64,000 bases of DNA from Octopus sinensis (GCF_006345805.1 NC_043000.1:93000001-93064000), one strand, 5' to 3'; positions 10,651 through 24,218 are shown, counted from the first letter of the stretch. Notes: generated from the sequence alone by a model not told the origin. Translations and numbers: made by a program.

Positions 10651-11419
10651 TATGTGTATTCTATGGGATTCTTACAGGTATTTGACTACCAAATCCAGTA
10701 ACAATTCTTTGGTCAACCTGAGACTATAGACGAGGACCCATGTCCCAAGTCCTACTCAGGGGGACTAAACCCAAAACCATGTGGGTTGGGAGGCAAACTT
10801 CTTAACCTTACAGGAATGCCCGGAAAATAAAATAAAATTAATTAAATGCAAATTCCTAGGTTTATACATGTGCACACATGTATGTGTATGTACATGTGTA
10901 TGTGTGTGTATGTGCACGCATGTGTGCATGTGCATGCATGTGTGAGTGTGTGCATGTGTGTGTGTGTGCATGCGCAATCAATTACTGGCTAGCATTATGA
11001 TTACTCCAGACACTATCCTGTTTTTGAAAAACTGTTTTATTACTCATGCATTCTTATAATTAACTTAAATGAATTTATGCTTCCTAATTATTAATTTATC
11101 AGAGTTATTAGAGTTGGCCAGCCATTTCAGACCCTCTATGAAATAGAAAGAAATAACATTTACAAACAAGAATACAGAAACGAAACCTCAACTCTCTCTG
11201 GTGGATTAGAATTTTATCTTCAACCGAGAGGTTACTAGTTATTTTAACATATTTGCTACCAAAACCAACATTAATCTACCATTAGAAGGGGGAAAACATC
11301 ACTAAGTGAATGTAGGTGGGAGAGCAAAAGTAAAATGCTTTATTTTATGATGAACGTCAAATAGAGAGGAAAACTACTCTCCATCAGGATAAGAGAAAAC
11401 TTGATGCGCAAATATAGAT

Positions 11420-11805
11420 GTAGGAGTAGCTGTGTGGTAAGTAGCTTGCTTACGAACTACATGGTTCCGGGTTCAGTCCCACTGTATGGCATCTTGGGCA
11501 AATGTCTTCTACTATAACCTCGGGCTGACCAAAACCTTGTGAGTGAATTTGGTAGACGGAAACTGAAAGAAGACCATCGTATATTTATGTGTGTGTGTGT
11601 GTGTGTGTGTGTATGTTTGTGTGTCTGTGTTTGTCCCCCCAATATCACTTGACAACCGATGCTGGTGTGTTGACGTCCCCGTAACTTAGTGGTTTGACAA
11701 AATTAGTCTTACAAAGAATAAGTCCTCGGGTTGATTTGCTCAACTAAAGGCAGTCCTCCAGCATGGCTGCAGTCAAATGACTGAAACAAGTAAAAGAGTA
11801 AAAGA
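11420..11805 (+). mobile_element. SINE family A, full length
   Basis: GGAGTAGCTGTGTGGTAAGTAGCTTGC ... GACTGAAACAAGTAAAAGAG. Confidence 0.9.
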
Positions 11806-12086
11806 GTACTACAGAAGTTAGTGAAAAGACATTGCAGAAACAAAAAAAATACCAATTCTAATTTTGGGTGGATAATTAACATTATTGTGGGAATGACCAT
11901 GGAATTTTAATTATGCAATAAAAGAGTTATAACAAAAACAGTAAATTTCAAAAAAAATTGGCTAACAAAATGATGCTAATAGAATTTCAACATAAAGACT
12001 CATCAAGGGCAAGGAAAACAGTGGAGAAAATTGCTTAAAATTCCAAGTATTAATGCCCGCTATTATTGGTGAATTGGTAGATTAAT

Positions 12087-12488
12087 CTTTTACTCTTTTA
12101 CTTGTTTCAGTCATTTGACTGTGCCCATGCTGCAGCACTGCCTTTAGTCGAGCAAATTGATCCCAGGACTTGTTGTTTGTAAGCCTAGTACTTATTCTAT
12201 CGGTCTCTTTTACTGAACGGCTAAATTACGGGAATGTAAACACACCTATATCAGTTGTCAAGCGATGTTGGGGGGACAAACACAGACACACAAACATATA
12301 CACACACATACACACATATATATACATATATACGACGTGCTTCTTTCAGTTTCTGTCTACTAAATCCACTCACTTTGGTCGGCCCGAGGCTATAGTAGAA
12401 GACACTTGCCCAAGGTGCCATGCAGTGGGACTGAACCCGGAACCATGTGGTTTGTAAGCAAGCTACTTACCACACAGCCACTCCTACA
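12087..12488 (-). mobile_element. SINE family A, full length
   Basis: Reverse complement of the same head and tail. Confidence 0.9.
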
Positions 12489-13004
12489 TGTTAGAATTTT
12501 GGTAAGAAGGTACTTTGTATTCTTTTGTTGAGAGACATGACACATTGGTTGCAAATAAGATTGGAACTTACAACCATACAAGTGCAAGTAATTATTATGT
12601 AACTAATTATTTCTAATATAGACACAGAGCAATAAATTTGAATAGGCTGGGTTAGTTGAATCTATTCACTTCTAGTATTGAAAAGTTATTATATGTAATT
12701 GACCACAAAAGGATGAAATATTAAAAAATTGATTTTAGTGGGATTTGAACTTGGTGCATGGAATATTGAATCCAGTGTGACATGACCTTCTTTGTAATAC
12801 CCTAATAAACACTGCCAAATTTTCACCTACCATTAGATAAATACTGATATAGTTTAGGTTTACATCGAAAAGCAACCTATCAGAAATTGGTTGATCAATT
12901 CTGAAAAGCTGACAAAAATGTTTAAAATATGAACAAATATTGGTATGTGTTTATCAAATTGTGTTGCAAGATTCTTGATGTGAAATTGTGTGTTGAAACA
13001 GATG

Positions 13005-13420
13005 TTGTTGTATTTCGGGATGGTCATTTTTTATTTTCCAAATAAACATACGCACTATATATTCGTTTTTCACTCATTTATTACTGTTCTTATTCTAACT
13101 CATGTCCATTGTCCGGAAATCTTTTGTCACACATCTGTAACCTCTTCCAGGGAACTTTTCATTCTGCTCTTCGATGAAGAGCAGAATGGAGTAAGTGGAG
13201 CAAGAGCACACACGAGCAAGTGTGGAGTAAGTGGGGGATAGCACAAAAGAAAAGGAAAAGTGTTGCTGAAGAGGTCACAGATGCGTGATGAAAGACTTCC
13301 TGACAATAGATACAAGTTAAAATAAAAACAGTAGTAAATGAGCGAAGAATAAATATATAGTGTGTGTGTTTATTTGGCAAAAAAAAAAGAAGAAAATATG
13401 ACCATCTTGAAATACAACAA
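13005..13420. repeat. Inverted pair of Penelope-like 3' termini (arms ~13005-13160 and ~13255-13420)
   Basis: Arms are reverse complements (TTGTTGTATTTCGGGATGGTCAT / ATGACCATCTTGAAATACAACAA); homologous to 56017-56170. Confidence 0.75.
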
Positions 13421-13611
13421 TAAATATTAGTATATTGTTTCATGTGTTGTCAGAAATAGCAAGCACAGAAATGAGATGCTAGAAATAGCAGCTAAATCTA
13501 TCTCAGTTTACAGCCTACTGTCTTAAAAAATAAAATGGTAAAAAAAGGACATTTGCAGCATTGAAAAATGCGTTGAGGTTTGGTTTATTCAGTCATAATT
13601 AAAGTAGCACT

Positions 13612-13653
13612 TCCCCTCTATGTTTAACCCCTTGTGGGCAATAAAGAAATAAG
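13612..13653 (+). mobile_element. 42-bp family B tail-only insertion with 15-bp TSD
   Basis: AATTAAAGTAGCACT at 13597-13611 and 13654-13668. Confidence 0.85.
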
Positions 13654-13669
13654 AATTAAAGTAGCACTC

Positions 13670-13945
13670 CATCGGTTAAAATGACAAGGGTTTTAGTTCC
13701 TGAAATTACTGTTTAAGTGGCTGAGCACTCCACAGACACAAGTACACTTAACATAGTTCTCAGGGAGATTCAGTGTGATACAGAGTGTGACAAGGCTGCC
13801 CTTTGAAATACAAGTACAACTCATTTTTGCCAGCTGAGTGGACTGAAGCAACATGAAAGTGTTTTGCTGAAAGACGTAATGTGTCACGAAGGAATTGAAC
13901 ACACAACCTTACGAACACGAGCCAAATATCACAGTGGACTAAATA
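13670..13945 (-). mobile_element. SINE family D
   Basis: TTAAGTGGCTGAGCACTCCACAGAC..CTTTGAAATACA..GGAATTGAAC. Confidence 0.8.
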
Positions 13946-14225
13946 ACATCATCTGAAAAGCACAAGGTTTAAACAATAGTTAAACTATATAAAATTTAAC
14001 TTAGGTTTCTAATACATACTGTATTAATTATTTATTAATTATTTAATCACATTCACAAACATACAGAGTGCAAATTAGTCTACTAGTGTTACAGCAAAGC
14101 TTTGGTTTGTGTTTGAATTAAATAGTGATTACTATGGATTTATTCAGTGAGCAGATGTCAAGACAATCTCTGTTATTTTCTTATACTGGAAAAGGATGGG
14201 AAAGTGTATTTACATATGTCTAAAG

Positions 14226-14485
14226 TAGTGGTTCCCAAATGTTTACGGGCTGCCACCTCTTTGACACCCAGGCTACATTCCTAGCACCCATCACAAACAT
14301 ATACCTCTTCCTGAATCAAATTCAAAGCAACTGTATTTCACAAATAAAACTTAGCCTAATGAAGCCATTATTTTATTGTTTTTACATGAATCACTACCCC
14401 ATTATCATCCTATTTTTCTTCAATGCCCACTTGGAACATTCCACCACCCTCAGTGGAGCAATACCACCAACTTTGGGAACCACTG
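14226..14485. mobile_element. hAT (Charlie-like) MITE
   Basis: TIR AGTGGTTCCCAAA / TTTGGGAACCACT; 8-bp TSD GTCTAAAG / GTTTAAAG. Confidence 0.85.
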
Positions 14486-14760
14486 GTTTAAAGCATCACA
14501 GTATAGTCTTTAATATGTGTGTGCTTGTACTGAACTTATAAAACCAACTACCTATGAACCAATGTCAAGGTAATCGTGTTCTGACTGATTTCTAACAAAT
14601 GGGTTTCACTTCAGCATTAGACCATTGGTAAAAAAATATATTATATATGGTTTATAAAGAGCTAAATAACTCTTTAGGTCTTTCATTTGGTTATTAAATT
14701 TGTATTTCTAGTTATTCTGAAGACAAATTATTTCTCTGCTTACTGTATGTGTGTACACAC

Positions 14761-14811
<51 letters not shown>

Positions 14812-15314
14812 ATATATATATATGTATTGGTTTTTTCATGTAAAAGAAAAAGTAATTAACAAATTTAAAATGTTATTTGATTTGTTTATTCCAATTTAAT
14901 CCATTATTTTAAGTATTAATTTTTTTTTTTTAAATATATATAAAAACAACATGAGAAAAATTTTTTAAATCTGATTTTCAATTAAACAACAATTTCTGAA
15001 AATGCAATCAATTTTGGAATTCAAAGGAAATAGCACTGGAAGGCATCATCTGATGAAGTTCTACGATGTTCATTAACCATTTGACCATTTTCATAAAGTG
15101 ATTAGGCAAGACTCGATAGCTGCTACTGAACTTTCACCATTTTCTGGTCAGTTGCAGAAATGGTTGGCATTCAAGTACCTCTAATTGCTTATCCTGATTG
15201 CTAGGTTAATCATATAAGTGATATTACTTCAAACAAGAATTATATTTGAATTCTTAAGAACGTTCTGTGTTGTAAGAGAAGCAGAATTCTATTAAGAACT
15301 TCTGAAAAATAACG

Positions 15315-15995
15315 TTAGGCTCAGATTGTGATTAAAAGTTTGCATCCCTATTACATGGTTTCAGGTTCAATCCCATTGTAAAGAGTCTAGGGCAAATATC
15401 GTCTATGATAGCTCCAGGTCTTTTAAGTAGATTTGGTTGCCAGAAACTGACAGAAACTGGCGAGCTGGCAGAAATGTTAGCATGCCGGGCGAAATGCTTA
15501 GCGGCATTTCATCTGCCATTACGTTCTGAGTTCAAATTCCACCAGGGTTGACTTTGCCTTTCATCCTTTTGGGGTCGATAAATTAAGTACCAGTTACGCA
15601 CTGGGGTCGATGTAATTGACTTAATCCCTTTGTCTGTCCTTGTTTGTCCTCTCTATGTTTAGCCCCTTGTGGGCAATAAAGAAATAAGAAATTGAAAGAA
15701 ACCCTTTGTATATTTCCCCATGTGCATGTATGTGTGATGTGAAGGCATGTGGCTTATTGATTAGGGTATTCAACTCATGATCATATGGGCATGAGTTCAA
15801 TTCCTGGCGAAGTGTTGTGTTTTTGAACAAGACATTTTGTTTCACATTGCTCCAGCTGGCATAAATGAGTAGCACTTCTATTTCAAACAGTCAGCCTTGT
15901 CACATTCTGTGTCACACTGAACCTCCCTGAGAACTACATTAAGGGTACATATGCCTGAGAAGAGATCACACAGTTGCACGTTAATTTCATGAGTA
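15315..15995 (+). mobile_element. SINE cluster: family A fragment (15315-15455), family B (15456-15692), family D (15745-15995)
   Basis: Family-diagnostic motifs as above. Confidence 0.8.
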
Positions 15996-16149
15996 GTTTG
16001 TTCCAATAATGTATGTTTGTGTGTGCTTGTGTTTGCTTACATTGGTATTTCTCTAAAACATGTTGAGCTACAAGTGGTGAAGTTGTTTATGTTTCTCCTG
16101 TCAAAAAAATCTTCAACTAGTATTATTTGTTGACGAACCTTATTTAGTT

Positions 16150-16490
16150 CATGCTAGGGTCACATGAAAAGCACCCATACTAGTGCCACATAAAAAAAAA
16201 ACACTCATGCTAGTGCCATGTAATAAGCACTCATTGCAGTGCCATGTAGAAAAAGGTATTGTGCTGGCTCCATGTAAAATGCATGCATGCTCATGTAATA
16301 TAAAATGCAGCCATACCAGTGCCATGTAACAAGCAGCCGACATACTCTGTGAAGTGGTTGGTATTAGGAAGGGCATCCAGCCTTAGAAACCATGCCAAAA
16401 CAGATAAATAGAGCCTGGGCACCTCTCCAGCTGGTCAGCTCCAGTAAAACTGTCCACCATGGAGAACAGGCATTAAAAGATGGCAATAAC

Positions 16491-16521
<31 letters not shown>

Positions 16522-16550
16522 GCGACGACGACGACGATGATGATGATTAC
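16150..16550 (+). mobile_element. Family F element with ~28-bp internal tandem units and (GAT)n tail
   Basis: Repeated AGTGCCA(T/C)(G/A)TAA units; GGAAGGGCATCCAGC; (GAT/GAC)n. Confidence 0.75.
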
Positions 16551-16629
16551 TCAACGCTTATACTGTTTGTTTCAGCTACAAAATATAATTACTTTCACTA
16601 TTCTTTATGTTAAGTCAATTGGCATATAG

Positions 16630-17015
16630 GCGCAGGAGTGGCTGTGTGGTAAGTAGCTTGCTTACCAGCCACATGGTTTCGGGTTCAGTCTCACTGTGTG
16701 GCACCTTGGGCAAGTGTCTTCTACTATAGCCTCGGGCCGACCAAAGCCTTGTGAGTGGATTTCGTAGATGGAAACTGAAAGAAGCCTGTCGTATATATGT
16801 AAATGTTTATGTGTCTGTGTTTGTCCCCTCAACATCGCTTGACAACTGATGGTGGTGTGTTTACGTCTCCGTAACTTAGTGGTTCAGCAAAAGAGACCAA
16901 TAGAATAAGTACTAGGCTTCCAAGGAATAAGTCCTGGAGTCGATTTGTTCAACTAATGGCGGTGTTCCAGCATGGCCACAGTCAAATGACTGAAACAAGT
17001 AAAAAAGTAAAGAGA
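16630..17015 (+). mobile_element. SINE family A, full length
   Basis: GCGCAGGAGTGGCTGTGTGGTAAG ... GAAACAAGTAAAA. Confidence 0.9.
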
Positions 17016-17449
17016 GTGACCCTAATATTTTTTTACATAATTGTTTTGTAATTTTAACTATATACTTCTATGCTTGATGTCACAAATACACAGTCCAATA
17101 TCTTATTGCTCCTATCATTTGTAATTATCTTGTCTTCATTCAAGTTTTCCTATGAAGATCACTTTCTAAATCTCCTACCATGCAGAAGCTTGCAGTCCCA
17201 TTGTTAATGCATTGAAACTGCAGTAACTTAGTAGCACATATGCAAACACACACACACATATACATATAGAATATAATTTTGATTTGGCCTTATGATTGCA
17301 TTAAATTCACAAATCTCTGTGGCATAGTCAATTTCCATTCCTAGTGAGACAGGTGCATTAAAATATACACAGTTAGACATAATTCTTATTAATAATTGTG
17401 TATATTTCAATGCTTGTGTCTTGCTAAGAATGGGAATTGACTGTTATAT

Positions 17450-17950
17450 TAAAGCCTGATGACGTTAACCTTATGACAAGTGACCAAGAATTTTAGCAGG
17501 CAATTTGCTGTGCTTGAGAAGACACATCAATCTAATTAAAATTGTAGTCATGGCCAGTGCTGATGGCATATAAAATACAATCATAGCAATGACAAAAGAC
17601 ATCCAATGCACTTTGTAGAGTGTTTGGCATTAGGGAGGGCATCCAGCTGTAGAAATGTAGCCCAAACAGATGACTGGAGCATGGTGCTGCTCTCTGGCTT
17701 ACCAGCTCTGGTTAAACCTATTTCTTTACTATCCACAAGGGGCTAAACACAGAGAGGACAAGCAAGGACAGACAAACGGATTAAGTCAATTACATCGACC
17801 CTAGTGCATAACTGGTACTTATTTAATTGACCCCGAAAGGATGAAAGGCAAAGTCGACCACAGCGGAATTTGAACTCAGAACGTAGCGGCAGACAAAATA
17901 CCACTAAGCATTTCGTCCAGCATGCTAACGATTCTGCCAGCTCGCCGCCA
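17450..17950. mobile_element. Family F fragment (+, 17450-17715) followed by family B SINE (-, 17718-17950)
   Basis: GGAGGGCATCCAGCTGTAGAAA; GAATTTGAACTCAGAACGTAGCGGCAGAC. Confidence 0.8.
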
Positions 17951-18619
17951 TGCCAGTATAGAATTGATGATATAAAGCAATTCACTGACTAAGTAGTTAC
18001 AGTGAGCAAACACCTGGAATACTAATCTCCAAGACCAATAAAAGAAATCATTTACTTTATATTTACTACAGAAGGACAAATGTGTAGAGATCAAGAGATA
18101 CAGGTTGCAGCAGAAAAACCTCCCACATGTTAAACAGCCATTAGTATGTCACTAGTAAAGTTAAGTAAGTAATAATTATATCTTCCAGCAGCTAATGTTT
18201 TATAGTTTTTTTCTTTCATCAGCATCCTTGTATAGATTGATGGAAATTTTGTGTTTGATGTTGAAATGTTTTCAAAAGTATGGTAAATCTGCTGGGTATT
18301 TTGCTGCACCTTGTATAAACCAAATACTAAAACACTTCTTAGCTATAAAATGGCTAAAACAGTACAAAATTCTTCCATAGCTGATACAAGCAGGGAGTTA
18401 ATTTGCATATTGGTATTAACTGGATATTCAAACCATACTGCTTTGAACTTTAGATATATCCCTGAGGGGCTTCGTTCTATAGTAAAAATTTGTATGTTTT
18501 AAACATAAATATAATTTTGTATACTAAATTATATTAACTTTCGTGGTGTTTTGGTGCATCAGCAACTGCTTAATGGTTGTCAAAACATGCACTTTCACCT
18601 ACATGTATTAATGTGAACA

Positions 18620-18819
18620 TGTCTACATATATGTGTGCACACATGTAATCTTTAATCTTTTACATGTTCCAGTCTGTGTACATACATACATATACTCATG
18701 CATATGTATATGTGTGTGTGTGTGTGTGTGTGCGTGCATGCATGCATGTGTGTGTGTGTTCATGTACACATATACACATGTATATGCATGTATGCATTTG
18801 TGTATATGTTTGTATATGC

Positions 18820-18881
<62 letters not shown>

Positions 18882-19010
18882 ATATATATATCTATTTATC
18901 TATCTATCAATATATATACATACATACATATACATACATACATATACATACATACATATACATACATACATATAATGCATACACACATGTATATGTTTGT
19001 GAATGTGCGC
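18620..19010. repeat. Compound microsatellite (TG)n/(TA)n/(CATA)n
   Basis: Direct inspection. Confidence 0.95.
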
Positions 19011-19482
19011 ACACAAAATATGCAAAAGGCAAACAAAATGAAGTGAAGAATCAATCAAGGCCAAAATATTAGCATAAAATAAAATGCATATATATCGTTG
19101 AACCTGGTGTAAATTATGCTTACATGATAACTACATATAAAAATGATATATGATTCATATACATAATGTTCACTTTACCAACTGTGAGAAAAATGCTTAT
19201 AAATTTCAGAGATCATCAGAAGAACCACAAAAGAGGAAGATGTATGAAATAAACTCATGGCTGGCTATACGTTATCATAAGAAAAGTCAAAATATTGCAA
19301 GTTCAAGAAAAGATCTCTCTGGTGTAAATTCTTTTCTACAAAGCACTCACCAATTTTGGATATGAAATTTAGATCAGGAAAATAAATCTAAATTCTGTAA
19401 ATGCATGAAGAATGTATTACCCCTAAAAAGTCTATGGAAGACTCTGAATGTATATTTTTAGCTGGTTTAACAAAATATGTTT

Positions 19483-21038
19483 GCAAGGGTGGACTAAAAA
19501 ATTTATAGGTTGACTCTGAAGGAAGGATGCTAGAGCTGTGAAATCTTGCATGAATTAATTTCAAAACTTCTTATTAATAACTGTATTGTTTTTTTTTTTT
19601 TAAGGCACATGGCTCAGTGGTTAGAGCATCAAGCTTACGAATGTGAGGCTGTGAGTTCGATTGCTGGACCTGGCTGCATGTTGTGTTCTTGAACAAGACA
19701 CTTTATTTCATGTTGCTCCAGTTAACTCAGCTGTAGAAATGAGTTGCTACGTCACTGGTGCCAAGCTGTATCAGCCTTTACCTTTCCTTTGGATAATATC
19801 AGTGGTGTGGAGAGGGGAGGCTGGTATGCATGGGCAACTGCTGGCCTTCTATAAACAACCTTGCCCAGACTTGTGCCTGGGAGGGTAACTTTCTAGGTGC
19901 AATCCTATGGTCATTCATGACCGAAGGGGGTCTTCTCATTGTTTCTTTCCAGAAATATTTGAATGTTCAAAGAGGACTTCACAAGTAACCAATAGTAACT
20001 TCCCTTGAAAGTGTACAAGGTTTGGCATTGTGGTGTTAGCAAGTACCTGAAGAAAAGTGGTTTAGCCCCCAAGGGCATTCAAGCTGATATACTTGCTACA
20101 TTAGGGGATGTCGCTACAACTTTATCAACAGTGCAAAAGTGGGCAGCTGAATTTAGGAGGGGAGCAGAGATTCTTGAAGATGACCCAAGGTCCAGATGCC
20201 CTGCAACTACCACCATCAAGGCAAACATTGATCGTGTTCACCACAGGCTGATGGATGATAGCTGATTGACTATAAATCAAATAGCCAATGCTAATAGCAT
20301 CACCTGTGAGAGAGTAGAGAATATTGTGCACAAGGAACTTGGCATGATGGAAGTTTCCGCTCAGTGGGTGTCAAATTTACTGAAATCTGAACAAAAGTGC
20401 ACCAGGCTGATTACATCACGAGAAAATCTGACATTATTTGAGGCAGACCCAGTTGGTTTCTTTGAACGTTTCCAAACTCAGGATGAGTGTTGGGTTCATC
20501 ACTTTGAGCCAGAGACAAAGTGACAATCCATGCAGTGCAAATATCCCTCCTCACCTACTCCAAAGAAGGCCAAGATTGTTTCATCTGCAGAAGAGATGGC
20601 CTCAGTTTTGTAGGATGCAAAAGGCGTTGTCTTCATTGACTATCCTCTGAAGGGTCACAACATCAGTGGAGATTACTATGGCAACTTGCTGAGACAGTTA
20701 TAAAAGCTATCAAGAACAAATGCCCAGGAAAACTAATGAAAGGTGTCTTATTTAATCAGTACAATGCTGCAGCACAAAACTCTTTGGTTTCAATGTTGTG
20801 TGTGACTGTGATTTTCAACTGGCTGATCAGCCTCCCTGTTCTGATTTGGCCCCATTTTATTATCTTCTGTTGGCCAACAAGATGAAAGCTTCTTCACCAA
20901 TGGGATCCAAGCACTGCAACATTAATGGAAGAAATCTGGGGACTGCAAGAGCTACTATGTAGAAAAATAAACCTCATTTGGTTACATTCTATGAGAGCGT
21001 CTTGGTCAGCCTATAAACTTTTCAGCCAAACCTTGTGT
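19483..21038 (+). mobile_element. Near-full-length decayed mariner (DD34D-type) element interrupted by a SINE
   Basis: TIRs ~19483-19514 and 21005-21036; LSTVQKWAAEFRRG..EDDPRS.CP; TQDECWVHHFEPETK; DAKGVVFIDY; multiple stops. Confidence 0.9.
19604..19933 (+). mobile_element. SINE family C nested in the mariner
   Basis: TGGCTCAGTGGTTAGAGCA and GAGTTCGATT boxes. Confidence 0.9.
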
Positions 21039-21059
21039 AATGTTGTGCAGTACCCTCAG

Positions 21060-21360
21060 ATTTTAGCCAGTATCCTAGATGATTGCTTGATATTCCTATT
21101 GTGCAGGGCTGTCCCTTTCATTGTAGCCTTACTCAAATTCACAGAGTCTTTCATGGCCTGCAAAGCTCTAACTTGTGCAGCAAAGAGGAAGGCTGTAAAT
21201 TCCATAACTGAAACTGCAGAGAAGGCCACTAGCTGGTTTAGGGTGAAGAGAATAGACTGATGCTTTGCTGCTACAGGGGGTGCAAGCTGAGAATTGATCA
21301 ACCCCAGCTGGGTCATTTGGGCAATGAGTTCTGATGTTGAAAGATCTGAAACCCCGTATG
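21060..21360 (+). mobile_element. 3' end of a HERO-like RLE LINE
   Basis: AKRKAVNSITETAEKATSWFRVKR resembles the recalled HERO C-terminus AI..TTEAAERASRWLWLKR. Confidence 0.55.
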
Positions 21361-21434
21361 TGTGTGTGTTTCTGTGTCTATGTACACAAACACACACACA
21401 TATTTATATATATATACATATACATATATATATA

Positions 21435-21477
<43 letters not shown>

Positions 21478-22194
21478 TATGGTAAATGAAAGATGGAAGA
21501 TATGAGAATTTTTATTAATCACTACAATTGTTTTGACACATCTAGCATCAATTCCTCATGGGTAGGATATTTAAAGATTGGCTCAGAAGCATCTGACAGT
21601 GCAGATGTTTCTCTTCGGGAGATAAATAGATATAACTCATTAAAGTAACAGTTCTGCAATATATCTTCTCAGTTCTCAGCAGCAAATTAAAAGATATATC
21701 TTCATTTATATACAAGATCAATAATAAAATAACAGATGCAAAAAAGAAATGAACATGCAATACAGCAAGAAAGGTATTAAAAATAACTGTTAATGGATAT
21801 GGATGTATAAACACCCTCGTGTAAGTTGTGTAGCAAATGCACACTTGCTCATACAAGCATCCATGAAGATGTAAGCATACACATGCATGTGGTTTGGTGC
21901 ACTTACATTCATATAGCAAGTTAAAAAAGCTACTTGATGTTCATAAGAATAGGGAGGTTAAAGCTAAACTTAATTCATCCATACTTTAAAGTAATGCAGT
22001 GGGAACAATGCAGTGGGAACAAACTGCATTGTGCAAAAGTACATTTATATGCATGTAGACATCTTGAGAGCTTTTCAAAAATTCTGTTAATGATCTCATT
22101 TGTCCAAAGAATAGGCAGGGATTCCTGAGAGCAAAGTTGGCAACTCCTGGAAATGATAGTATATAGTTTTGCATGCCTTGCTATGGACCAAGTT

Positions 22195-22770
22195 ATGTTA
22201 TACTTAATTCAGTCGCCACACAAAATCAGCCAAAGATGTCAAATGTCTCTTATTGATTCTCTTGAAGCTGACAACATGGTTGCAATAACGATTCTTGAAT
22301 GAAGAAGCCATCTGCCCAATGTAAAGATATGACCGTCCCCTTGTGCATGTTACATTTATATACAAGATTTGTACTCATACAGAGGTTCATCAATGGACAT
22401 TTTGATTTTTCTCTGCATGAACATTTATTACATTTATTTGTAAATATGGTAGTTCTGACTTCATTTTCCAACATTGTTACCATGTAAGCTATATCGTAAT
22501 CATTTCTACAATCACAATTTGGCCATATTTGGTGCTTTTCATTGTTGTTTACATCTCCTTCATTGGTATTTAGATGTATATTTTTGCTAGATCCAGTAGG
22601 TGGGTTATTGAATAGTTGTTGCATTTTACTATTGTTTATGCAGTGTATATACGGTCCTAAATTAGTAGAGTTAGCATAGGATAATTTCACGGTGTGCTGA
22701 TTAAAAATAGCATGGTAACTATTACATTTAAGGAAACATTTGTCCAAAGAGGCAAAAAATTTCCCAGTGA
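22195..22770 (-). mobile_element. Penelope-like element fragment (linker and GIY-YIG start)
   Basis: IFNQHTVKLSYA..TNLG; CSCREKSKCPLMNLCMSTNLVYKC. Confidence 0.8.
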
Positions 22771-23269
22771 TACATGTATGTACAGATAGATACATACATA
22801 GATATATGTATATATGTAGGCACATGTGTATATAAATGTATTAGATAAAGGCATATAGATATATATGTTAATATACATATGTATGTGTGTGTATGTGTGT
22901 ATACTATATGTAATATATAATATATATACATAATTGTGTGTATAAATGTGGGTATGTGATGATGTATAGTATGATGAGAGCACTGTCAAACACTTTATTT
23001 CAATATTTCAGTAAATATCTGTCTTTTATCCATGGTTGCCTAGGTTACTGCCATCTGTATAGGCAAAACTGTCACTATGCCAACCTTACACAGCTGTGCT
23101 AATATTGTGACTACCACAGTATGCTTAAGTGAAATAAATATTTCATGGCTGGATGCCCATCCTAACACCAATCACAGCATGAGGTTACACATGCACATAC
23201 TTTCACACACACACACACACACATATGTATATATACACATTCATACATAATGCATGTGTATGTGTGTAG

Positions 23270-23560
23270 CCTCAGGCTTGGCTGTATGACTAAGAAACTT
23301 GCTTCCCAAATATGTCATTCTGGGTTCAGTTCCACGATGCTCCACTTTGGGACATTGGCCAACCAAAGCCTTGTGAATGAATTTGGTAGATAGAAACTGA
23401 AAGAAACCCACCTTAAAATATGTAAATACATATATATATATATATTATATATATATATATATATGTAAATACACCAGCATCAGTCGTCAAGTGATGTTGG
23501 GGGGACAAATACAGACACACAAACATATACACACATACATACATACATATATATATACAT

Positions 23561-23591
<31 letters not shown>

Positions 23592-23735
23592 CGACAGGTT
23601 TCTTTCAGTTTCTGTCTACCAAACCCACTAAGAAGGCATTGGTCGGCCCGAGGCTATAGTAGAAGACACTTGCCCAAGGTGCCACACAGTGGGACTGAAC
23701 CCAGAACTATGTGGTTTGTAAGCAAGCTACTTACA
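23270..23735. mobile_element. Family A fragments in inverted orientation (+ 23270-23405; - 23470-23735)
   Basis: Diagnostic family A motifs on both strands. Confidence 0.8.
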
Positions 23736-24218
23736 ACACACACACGCACACAAACACATATGTTTCTTTACACATATAGGCAGTCATGCAGATAAAATTG
23801 AGAGACATCTGTTATCATGTATTCTGCTAGAAACAGTAGTCAAAATACTTCAGATCCTATCTTGCTAACTTGGTAACTTAAGGTATAAACATCCTGAAAC
23901 ATGTAGTCCTACATATATGAGACATCACTGTAACATCTGGAAAGCTCTTGAATACATGTAGGCACTGATGTGGTACTAATTGACAATAATAACAACAACA
24001 ATGACAATATATGTATTAATGGCATTAAGGTTTTGACTTTAAGAGTCTCTCATAGCATGAGGCATTTATGTATAGTAATGCCCTTAATATAAATAAATAT
24101 ATTTAAAGGGAATAATTAATAATTTTTTCCCTTGTGAGGTTTTTTCACGCTGACTACTTGATAAATTTTTATAAAGATTTTATCCTATTTTTAAATTATA
24201 TATATAGATATACATATA

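Noticed and set aside
18071-18275. Possible plus-strand exons KDKCVEIK... and IDGNFVFDVEMFSK
   Set aside because: Splice sites are plausible but there is no homology or chaining evidence.
21325-21355. CTGATGTTGAAAGATCTGAAAC as a hammerhead
   Set aside because: The core deviates from CUGANGA and the stems do not form.
21056-21397. 113-aa minus-strand ORF
   Set aside because: Antisense of a HERO-like LINE end, starting in a microsatellite.
21546-22150. Short protein-like frames on both strands
   Set aside because: Competing frames, weak splice sites, no recognisable homology.
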